Part shown: positions 15,601 to 27,600 of the stretch, in pieces
How the letters are laid out: every line of letters starts with the position of its first letter
Numbering within the stretch: position 1 is the first letter of the stretch
Origin: Tubulanus polymorphus
Lineage: Eukaryota; Animalia; Nemertea
NCBI RefSeq assembly: GCF_964204645.1
Contig: NC_134032.1
Coordinates: 5,382,275-5,446,274, forward strand
Length of the DNA stretch: 64,000 nt
Reading direction: 5' to 3'
Translations under genes and position numbers: made by a program
The notes under the pieces: model-generated
Databases searched by the model: none
Seen by the model: only the letters and a program-made list of their open reading frames with translations
Told to the model about the DNA's origin: nothing

Positions 15601-18600
15601 TAAGAAGAATTTCAGAAATAATTCCAAAACAAAATGAACTTTTTATTTCATATGGTGAAAAAGAATTAATACAAATAAATGGCTTAATGGATGTTTGGAC
15701 AAGAAATGGATGGAAAAAATTAAAGAATATTATTAGACATAAAACAAATAAGAAAATCTATAGAGTTAGAACTAAATTAGGGTTTGTAGATGTTACAAAA
15801 GATCATAGTTTAATTAAACGAAATGGCGATGAAATAAAACCAACTGATATAAAAATTGGAGATGAATTATTACATAAAAGATTTTTCCAAAGAATGAATC
15901 ATATGTCATTCGATGAAATTATTGATAATATTTATAATATAGAACCCGAAACATTAGAAGAAAAAGAATATTTTATCAAAGGATTTTTCATGGGTGATGG
16001 TTCAGCAGGTGTGTATAATTATGTTTGGGGTAATAAATATTGTTGGTATTTATGCAATCAAGACTTGAAATTATTAGAAAGAATTAAGAAATTCTGTGAA
16101 GAAGTTTATTCACATAAAACATTTAAAATCATAGATGTTATGAAATCATCAGCAGTTTATAGAATACTTGTAAATAATCCTAAAGATTTTGCTATAAAAT
16201 ATAATGATGAATTCTATATTCATGCAACAGTGAAAAGTAATACTTCAACAAAAGAAAAGATAGTTCCAGATTATGTATTAAATGCAAAAAATAATTTAAG
16301 AAAGTGGTTCTTCATTGGATTCTATGCCGCAGATAGCACTAAAAAATTTACAAAGGATAAAAAGATAACCTTTGCACAGAAAGGAAAAGTTGCTATATCA
16401 GGATTTAATATATTATGCAGTTCATTAGGATTTAATATGAATATAGAATTAATTAAATCTAAACCAAATTGTTTTAATTTAAGGCATGTAGAAAAAGAAT
16501 TAACAGAAGAAGTTAAAGATTTATTTGAAATATATAACCCATCAGATTATGTTTATGATTTATCAACTGAAGATGGTAAGTTACATACTAAAAATCAAGA
16601 CAAATGACATAACAAAAGACTTAAAAACATTAAAACATCATTTTGATTTTAGCAATTATCCCAAAGATCATGAACTATTTTGCAATGATAATAAAAAGAT
16701 TCCTGGTAAATTTAAAGATGAATTAGGGGGTGATGAAATGATTGAATCTGTTGGGATAAGAAGTAAAATGTATAGTTACAGAACAAAAGATCATGAAGCT
16801 AAAAAGTTAAAAGGAATAACAAAACATGTGGTTGATAAACATATAGAATTTCAAGATTATATAAAGTGTTTATATAACTCAATTGTAATGAAACACAAAA
16901 TGATTTGTTTAAGATCAGAAGATCACGAGATGTACATTAATAAAGTTGAAAAAACTAGTTTGAATCCATTTGATGATAAAAGGCATATTTTAGATGATGG
17001 TATAAAAACATTACCTTATGGTTATTAAATTATAAAATCAATATCATCAAACTCGAAATCACTATTGGTTTCTTCTTTTTCATTTAATTGTTATTTTTTC
17101 TAATAAACTATTTTTTCTTTCATTGAATTCTGCTTCAAATTTATTAGAAATTTTATCTATATGTACTTTACGAAATTGATGATTCTCCCAGTCTTCTATA
17201 TTTCGACAAGGCTCGCAGAAATGATCTTTTATCCTTGTCATAGAATAAGAACGGTCTTTTCCAATTAATTTCAGGTTCAACTTCAACAGAATTACTATTA
17301 CTTTCGTTACTATCAACATTAGCCGTTGCGCCATTAATTTTGCACTTCTCTGAATGTTTTTTAACATTATTTCTTGCGAATAATTTATTACATTTTGGGC
17401 AGTTTAGTTTAGGGGGTTTATAATTTTCATCATGTTTTTTTCATATGTCGAGCCATATTACTTTTTCTTAGAAGTTCACCACAATTTTCGCATGGTATCT
17501 TCTCATCCATTTATTAAGGAAACATTTTATTAAAATTAATTTTTAGTGATGAGCGGTAATTTTTTTATGTTATAAATAATGGTAGAATTAAAAGAATACA
17601 GAATATTTGTTCATTCTAGAAAACTTACAAATTATAAATCACATAATTTACTAATACAATTAGATAGAGAATTTAAGAATTGTGTTGATTTAAAATTAGT
17701 TAATATAAGTTTATGTAATTCTTTTTACAATATATCGGATAAAAGTTTTGATCATAGATTGTTTATGATTCATTATAGAAATATGGATAAATGGTATCAT
17801 CTATTTCTAAGACCAGGATTATATAATTAAGAAACATTATCTCAAGAAATTAATAAAAGAGCTCGGTTAAAAGTGTGTGAATCGGTTGGGTTTAACATTA
17901 AATTTAATAAAATTGATAGTACTAATAAAATAAAAATAAAGTTAACTAATGAACAATATAAATTCATAGTAAGAAAACCATTAGCTAAAATGCTAGGATT
18001 TAATCCAAATAAAGTTTATTCAAATGTTGATACTACACCAAATATAATACCTTTTACGCACTCTATATTTATTGTAATTTAATTGATCCTACAAAAACAT
18101 TCGAAGCAACTAAAGATACAATTTGTAATTCTGGTTTATTAGATATTTTACCATTAAAAAATGTCAAACAATTTGGAACTCAAATAAGTTATAATTTAAC
18201 GGAATGTGATTTTAAACCTTGCATTCCACATTTCAATAATTTCAAATCAGAAATAAGAAATCATAATGGTTAATTAATTGATTTGAATAACTTTCCTGTG
18301 ATATATGAATTAGTTATAAGATGTAAAGAGTAATTTTTTCACTATATAAATGAATATAACTGTTTAACCGAGTATATGTTTTGGATTTGATTTTAAACGT
18401 GAGAAAGAAATGAAATTTAACATTAATGATGTAATAACACATATTAAAAATATTGAATTTTCTAATGAAACAACATTTGAGTATGAAACAACAATAAATA
18501 AAGAAACTTTAAATGTAGAAAAGATTACTAATTTAATTATCTTTAAGATTTTATGAATTAGATGAAGATTTTATTATAGATGATATTAAAAAAATAATAA

Positions 18601-21600
18601 TTGAAATATATACAAATGAAACTAGTAATGAAATAAATGTTGAAATAATCATAAATAAGATAACTAAATATTTTGATGATAGTAATTTTTTTGATTAATA
18701 AATGAGTGATAATAACTGGATAATAACTGGATTATATAATGGCGCCTTACTATCAGTTGGCGCCTTACTATCAGTATTCAAAATGGGAAGTGTTAATGTT
18801 GATAGATTTGATATCAATGATATTTTAAAATTAACATTAGCAGTTACTTTATCTAATTTAACTATTGATTATTTGGAAAAACGAAAATATATTCCTCTTT
18901 TATAAATACATAATTATTTTGCTAAATAAATGGCTTCTGCAGTTATAACTATTATAGGATCGGCAATTGTTAACGCTTTAGCATTTACAGGTGGTGGTTA
19001 TTTATTTAAGCATATTGATAAAAATGGATCATTAACAGAACAAAAAAGGCATAACTTAGCATTAGAGAAATACAATAAAGCTGCAGAAGAATATAGAGAA
19101 AGAGGCAAAACTATATGGATTATATTAACAAGGAATTATATGATCAGAAGATTTCAATCAGTTGATGATGCAATGAGTTTATATAACGCAGTAACCAATA
19201 AAGGAAAATTAAATCTACATAAACCTACAATATCAGATTATTATACCCCGAGTAAAGAACAACAGAAATATGAAATAATATGGATTTTAGGTGGAACAGT
19301 TATTGTTATATTTGTAGCATATAAATTTACTAATTAGTAATTTTTTTTCTAAATAAATGGATGATAAAGTTGATAATATTGATATTATTCCTCATGATAT
19401 GAATAAAACTAAATTAAAAATATATTTAGAAAAACAAATATTAGAATTTGAAAATGATTTAAAAGTTAAAAAGAAAAAATATTTAAAATCTAAAATTATA
19501 TATTATTTGATTATAAGTGGTTCGGTTACAATTAGTTCTGTAATAACATTTCTAGCAATATTCAGTCCATTAACACCTTTAGCTATATCAATTGGCGTAT
19601 TAGGATTATCATCAAGTGTTTTAACTGGTATAAGTTCAAAATTAAATATAAAAAGTAATAAAGAAAAAATTAAAACTAATATAAAAGAAATTAATAAATT
19701 CAAAAATACACTAGATAATATAATAAGTTTAAATGGCCATATAACAGTTGAAGAACAAGATAAATTATTAAAAGAATTAATAAATTATTAATTTTTTTAT
19801 TATATAAATGGTAGATAGTTTTCCAAAAGCTTTCCAATTTAATAAATCAATTAAATATAATATTCCAGCAATAGATTTTAATAAAGATATTTCGTATAGA
19901 AATGAAGTTTTAAATTCATTAATTGATTTATATATTTATGTTACTGAAAGTAATAATTTTCAGGTAAAGATGGAAAATATATTTCATGTTTATACAATTA
20001 ATTTTAAAAATTTAAATGAGGCAAGACAATGGTTATTAAAATCTCATATGAAGTATTGGCAGAACCAATTAAATTTTGCTGTTTTTTGTGCAACAACAGG
20101 ATGTGGAATAAGTTGGAATGATCATTTAAACAAACCAAGTTTACCATTGATGTTATCACTCTTTAGATTTCATACTTATTTCCAAATAAAATTAATATTA
20201 GATGAATTAGAATGTCCTTTACCAGGTTCAAAATATTTTAAAGAATTGAATAATAATATTAATTTTTCTAAGTTTTATAAAATATGTAATGAATTTAATA
20301 TTAATTCAAATAAAGATTTTAGAGCAAAAATTGGAACAATGGGCGGATTAGGAATATTATATACTAAAGAATTTGGAAAAATAATGACAAATTCAGATAT
20401 AAGAACACTAAATTGGAATGAATTACCAAAATATTATAATAATATACAACAACAAAACACTAATGGTTGGGTTAATTTCATTTTAGAAAATAGTGAAGGT
20501 TTTACTAAAGCTGGAATACAAAGAATAAATCAATCTATTAGAACTTATTTGATATGTATTTTAGGTGCGCAAGTTGAAACAAGATCCCCAATAATTGGAA
20601 ATGATAACACTTCATTCGATGCGCAGAAACAATTTAAAGTATTATTTGAAGATTGAATTCATAATGATTAAAATAGATCTATTCCAGAAAACATTGTAAG
20701 ATATCAAAATTATCTAGATAAATCACATATTAGATTAAATTATTGTATAGGCCCTAATCTATTAATTATTTCTAATGATTTAGTATTAAAGATGGGAAAT
20801 ATGATTGGTTATAATAATCTAATTAAAACTGCAACAATAAATAATTCATTTGGATTAAATGATATAAATAAAAAGATTATTACTGCTCCAAAATTAATGG
20901 AAGGTGAAAAAAATAAAAAACATATTCAATCAACAGAAACTAAAACTAAGAATATTTAATTAAATAATGATTCTAAACCGGATTATAATACATCAGAAAA
21001 TATTAAAACTGATAATATTCAACATGAAATAATTAAAACTGATAATGATAATAAATTCCATGAAAATACTAAATTAGCTTTAACTTGTATAGGAATTGTT
21101 ATAGGAGGAATATTATATTTTAAATTTTAATTTTTTTATTATATAAATGGATGTAGAAGGTGGAGAAGATATTGGAATGGATAATTTGATGAACCTGGCA
21201 TAACTGATGAACAACAACCTGATTTTAGTGAAACAAGTTTTACTGACGGTAATGAGCCAGGACATAAAAATAATTTAAATATACCTGATTATATTAAAAA
21301 CGCAGAATCAAAATTAAATCCTGAAAATTTAGACCCATATTTAGTAAAACAAGATTTACATAATTTAAACAAAATACCTAAATTAGAACATTTAATTGAA
21401 AATTCTAAACTTACTATAAATGATGAAGACGTTGGACCTTTAGCAGATCAATTAAAAATTTTAGATAATGGTAAATGGTATTATCATTTGAAAGGTGATT
21501 ATTATATTGATATCACTTATCAACTTTGAGTAATTTAGATCCAGATAGAATTAAAAGAATTATTGATAATAATGTAGTAACTGATGTTATAAAACAAGAA

Positions 21601-24600
21601 TTAACTGATAATGACTTGATCGTCAAGTAATTGATGAAATGGAATATAGGCAAAAAGAATTACGTTTAGAAAAAGAAATTAATAATTTAAAAGATAATTT
21701 AGAATTACAAAAAGAAGAAATTAAATTATTATTAAAATCATATGATTATAATATTAATAGATTAAAAGTTATTTTTAAAGATTTGTTGATAAAACCAAAT
21801 TCTGAAATATCATAGAATAAAATTATTATTTAAATTAGAAGGAATAACAATTCTTTCAATTCTAACAGCTAACTATGTTATTTACAACAATTGGTTTAGC
21901 AATATCAAATTCTTTGAAATCTTCTCCTACTCCCAATAAACCGGATAAACCCCCGAATGATAATAATTCTATACAAGATAAAGTTAAAGATGGTTTAAAG
22001 AAATTAGCAAAATATTTATGGGAACTATCTAAAAAATCTGCCGCAGCTTCTTTACCAGGAATTATTGCATCAATTGTTGGTTTTATATTGAAATCTGCAG
22101 GAAACATTATTAACTTTGCTGCTGAACATGTTATTTTATTTTTAATTACAGTTGTAAGTGCTATTATTTTTTTAATCCTGAAATAACAAAAGTAGAAATA
22201 ACTATCGAAGGAATAGCAAATAAAATATTTTGTCGAGGAATGAGAATGATTGATCAATGGCCAGAAATTAGAAAACATTTTATGAATGAAAAAGTAAAAT
22301 CATCTGAAAATTGTAATACTAATCAAATTGATTATTATACCGGTAATAAATATGCATTTTGGTTAGATTTTAGAACAACAGAGGATAATTCATTACATGG
22401 TTCTGGAAAAAAATTACAAAACACTTAAGATGGAATACAATTATTCATGAAAAAGAAAAAAGGAAGCTAAAATTATTATATCTGACGCACAATTAAATAT
22501 TGTAAATTCACAATTAGATAGTATTCAATATTAGAAATATAAAGTTAAAATTAAGGATATATAAATGGGTGGTAAAAAAACTCCTAATACTAAAGAACAA
22601 TATTTAAGAAATTTATATTACAACCCTGAGAGTTCGGTTGCTTATTCTTCTAACAAAAATATATGGCGTCAAGTAAAACAAGATAAATTAGATAAGATAA
22701 TCCCACAAAATTTAGTTGAATATAAAGATATAAATGAATTTATGTTAGAACAACCAACATACACAACACATAAAAAATTGTTAGAAAATATAAAACTCGT
22801 AAAACTATGGTAAGTTATGTAGATCAACTGTGGCAAGGAGATTTAATTGATATGAAAAATGTTAAGAAAGATAATGATGATTATTGGTGGATATTGAATA
22901 TAATTGATATTTTTAGTCGTTATGTATGGAGTTTCCCACTTTATAGATAGGATGCTGTACAAACATGAAATGTTTTAAGAAAATTTCTTTTGGATGATAA
23001 ACTAAAACCAGAAAAAAATACAATTTGATGATGGCAAAGAATTTGATAATTCACTTGTTCATGAACTCTTAGACAATCATAATATTAAATATTTTTCAAC
23101 AAAATCGGATAAAAAGCAGCAGTTGTTGAACGAGTTAATAGAACATTAAGAACAAGAATGTGGAAATATTTTACAGCAAATAATGCTTTTAAATGGATTG
23201 ATGTTTTACCAAATTTGATAGAAGGATATAATAATTCTTATCATTCTTCTATGGGAATGAAACCTACTGATGCTAGAAAACCTGAAAATGCTGAAATTGT
23301 TTGGAATAATTTATATGGAGCATTTCTTGTAGAGGATTTTGGTGAACCTAAATTTAAAGTTGGTCAAAATGTTAGAATTTCTAAGTATAAAAAGATATTT
23401 GACAAGGGATACGATCGAAATTTTACTAGAGAAATATATAAAATAAAAAAGGTAATAACAACAAAACCATATGTCTATAAATTAGAAGATTTAGATGATG
23501 AAGTTGATGGCTACTTTTACGAAGAAGAATTAAGTTTAACTACTGAAAATCTAGAACAAGAATATAAAATTGAAAAAGTATTAAAAACAAAAACTATTAA
23601 AAGAAAAAATATTCTTTAGTAAAATGGGTTGGATGGCCAGATAAATTCAATGAATGGATATTATCAAGTAAAATTAAAAATATATAAATGAATAAGGAAT
23701 TATTTATATTTGAGCCTCATAATATGTTAATTTCTGGCGTAACAAATTGTGGAAAAACTTATTTTATATTAAATTTATTAGAAACTGTTTATAAAAACTA
23801 TTTTGATAATATAGTATTATTTTGTCCAACATATGAATTTAATCAAACTTATGACAGAAATATTACTAGAAATAATAAATTTATTATATTAGATCCTCAA
23901 ACAGTAAAAGAAAATTTAGATAATTGTATTAAAATAGCAATAGATATTTATAAAGGATCAAATACATTATTTATTATAGATGATTGCGCAAATTTACATG
24001 ATTCAAAAATTGGAGAGAGTGAGTTATGTTATTTAGCTTTTTCTGGTAGACATTTTGGGATAACAACATGGGTTTTAAATCAAAAATATAATTCAATTGT
24101 TAAAGACTTTAGAGAAAATATTAGATTTCTAGTTTAAATAAATGGATTGGATATTTATCATTTCAATTAGGTGGATTTATGACATTATTTATCAACTGGA
24201 GTTATAACATTTTCAAATATTGAAAGTAAAAATATTTCTATAATAAATGAACAAGGTGGAAGAAGTGAAGAAAAAACCGAGATCACAGAAACAAATTGAA
24301 TGGTCTCGGCAATTAGGAATTAAATCACAAGAATATAAAAAAGCTGTAAAAGAAAAAATAAGTAATAAAAATGTTAATAAAAATAGTGAAAATATTGTTA
24401 TTTCTACTCCTTCTAATGATAGAATATTTGATAAATGTCTATATTTTACGGTTGGATTTGTAATTGTATTCATTTTGATTGGGTGTAATTGGTATAAGAA
24501 ATAGAAAAAAATTCATGATATTTATAATTCTGAAACAACTGCTATCAAAAATGAAAATACTTCTGAAATTCCAAAATTGACAATAAAAAAATGGATTAAT

Positions 24601-27600
24601 ATTTTAGAAAAAAAGCAAAAAAATAATAATTTTTTTTTAGTTAATTGAATATCTCACTACTTTTGTCTATCTATGCGGAGCAATTAAATTGTCCGGATAA
24701 GTCATTTCGGATTCTAGATATTAATTACTTTTATTAATTTATTTTGTTTTTTGATTTGAAGTTTTTACTTGAATATTGTATTACATTCGTTTCTTATTAT
24801 TAGTTTTTTCTTAAATTGAAAGATGGCAGCACTGGGTGTGATGCTAAAATAAATATTTGAATTTGAATTTGTTAATCAATTAACATGGATAATTGATTAC
24901 TAATTTGATTAAAAATTATATCATAATTAAGTTAAAAATCCATAATTCATTTACCAGTTTTCATTCCTATATTCTTTTCATTCATAATAATTTATAATTT
25001 CAAATTTCACATATTTCTTTAGTAAACACCAACAACATTTTTTAGCTAAGTATATAAGGCAATTCATTCGACCACTGGAGTGCCGCCGGGCTTGGCTTGC
25101 AGGGGCATTTCAAAAATGCCCCTTTGTCCACCCTCCGTGGTTCTCCTTCAGTTTCGACTTTCGATCCTCCTTTCGGGGGTAAGGGGTTGATAGGAAATGC
25201 ATAAGGCGCCTTTAATATAATGTGTTCCCTGTCAAATATTGAAGGAGAATTGGTTAGGTGTGGGTCACAGGGGTGTAATTAGAAATGCTTGGGGATAGGT
25301 ATCTCGTGGAGCCTCTCAATAACGGGATGCTTATCCCCTAAAAACTCTGCGAGTCAAGTCGGGTGGTTTTGCTAAAATTTACCTTGAAAACTGAATTCCT
25401 TTTAATCACGAGAGAGAATGTATCCTGTGTGTGTTGTATGTATTGCGTGCTTATTATATAACTGCTAGCTATCCAATATAACAACAACGTTAAATTGCAA
25501 CACCTGTTTGATCAAACATTCAAATGAAGCACTCTCTTATAATAACATGTAACAGATGTTTGGCTGGCATGATTATAGTTGTTCGTAAAACGATTAAGGT
25601 CATTTTGGTTTCTAGATATTCATTATTTTTTTTATTTAATCAACAATTTCTAAATTATGATGACCGTCTTCATTTTTCCCATGATAGATTATGTTAAATC
25701 CTTCTAAATCTTTTAATTCCTCTGTACTCAATGAAACCCATTTATCAGGTAAAAATACTTTAAATTCTCGCGATGTACTAACATTACAGTAGCTTAAATT
25801 CGCTGATACTTTCTCTGCATATTTAGTTTTTATCTTTTCTAATTTCAATATTTTATGTTCAATTTCTTTTGTAACATCAACTAACTTTTTTATTTCAAAT
25901 TGTTTTTTTGCTGGTTTTATTCTGTTATTTATTGTTGCTAAGAATGCTTTTCTATCTCCCATTTTAAGGAAAAAAAATGTGGTGATGAGTGGTGTCTCGT
26001 ACTGCTGTACTCTGGTATCAAAGCCTACTTTTCCAATTACTCCAATCAACATCGTCATAGAACATTCGCTGGCAGATGTACTACATTAACCACTTAATAC
26101 CTTACCACAGTATAATCTACCAATGGTTCAAGGCCCATGGGCCTCTTGTATTTTCTGTTGTATTATAATCTTTTAATTCTGAATTATTATTTAATTCAAT
26201 ATTTTTAGTTTAGTTTCAGTTAATTGTATATGTTTTTAATTTTTTTCACCTTGCTTTAATTTTGGAGTAGTAATGATTTTTTTATTTATATCATTAAAAC
26301 CAAACAAATTATTTATTCATTGTTGCAATTTTAATTAGATTATAATTTTTTGATTTTAATACTAAATCATTGGATATGAAAAATGAATTAGGGCCAATAA
26401 TTTAATCTTATATGAGAATTATCTAAATACTTTTCATATCTTATAATATTTTCTGGAATTTATCTATTTTTATCATTATGAATTGAATCTTCACATAATG
26501 CTTTAAATTGTTTTTGTGCATCAAATGATGTATTTAAATTTCCAATTATCGGTGATCTCCAATTATCGGTACAAATCAAATAAATTCCAATAGATTGATT
26601 TATTTGCTGTATACCTGATTTTGTAAAACTCACTATTTTTTTAAATAAAATAAACCCAACCATTATTATTATCAATTTTTAATGATAAGCTCCAACTCTA
26701 TGCATATAATCAATTCTCTTTATTTTAAACTGTTCACCAACCATATGCTTTAAATAATAATATGATACCAATTAACCATATGCTTTAAAATCAGAATTAT
26801 TTGGATTTATATTAAATTCATGTCATATTTTATGAAACTTTGATGAATCTAAAAAAATTGACCAATGCTATGTAACTAAAATACTAGAACCTTGCATCAT
26901 ATGAAAGGTCATAATATTGATTGATAGTTTTTGAACTATCTGGCTTCAAATATGTGTTTTCAAAAAGCACAAAAGTGGCTGAAAATTATTGAATTTCTAG
27001 GGTAGTCGCAGTGTAAATAACTTGTACTTAAAAGGGTTCAATCTCTGAGATGACTCAAATTATACTTTCAATATGACACTAGTGCACCATCTGCACTAAG
27101 ATGAAGGTAGCACACTTGTTCAATGTCAGAAGTCGGGAAACAAAGATTTTGTTCGACGTAGATTACTCGTATACAGATTTTTAAGACATCATTACTGATT
27201 TTTAAAACGTCTTCTGGTTTGAAAATTGAGAACTACTGGAAAATTTTTGTAAAGATAAAATCTAGGTTGGCAACTCAGAACTAATGGTGTGGCAAATTAG
27301 TAACGATTAAAACAAAATGACGATTTATGAATGTTGAATTAACCACAGAAACTAAACAGGAAATAGAGAAGCGTTTCTTCTCGGAAGAATTATGACGAAT
27401 TACATGCCGCCTGTTAAAGCTAGGTCGACTGTACAACCAAATGGTTTGATTTGATCTGTTATTTTAGATTCGTCACCAGCGAGCTGAAACACACCCTCTC
27501 ACTTTAGAGGAAATACTTGATGAAACAAAACAGTTAGATGTCGGAATGAGGATGAGACATTGGCTCTCAACTGAGGTACCTTTCTGATCAGAACAAGGGG

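Larger units (their letters stand above)
11936..26041 (+). mobile_element. Polinton/Maverick (adintovirus-like endogenous virus), 14.1 kb, decayed and internally deleted
   Basis: 64-bp TIRs with AGT...ACT ends (11936-11999 and 25978-26041), exact 6-bp TSD CCAATC (11930-11935, 26042-26047), abrupt AT-rich intronless gene-dense interior, and pPolB, integrase, ATPase and capsid genes. Confidence 0.96.

Noticed and set aside
12021-23687. Alternative genetic code or programmed read-through to explain stops in viral genes
   Set aside because: Interruptions include TGA, TAA, TAG and frameshifts at unrelated positions, as expected for neutral decay or sequencing error.
11936-26041. Bacterial or phage contamination, suggested by intronless AT-rich genes and an intein
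   Set aside because: The region is bounded by TIRs and an exact 6-bp TSD inside an intron of a spliced GTF2E2 gene, and the gene set is Polinton-type.
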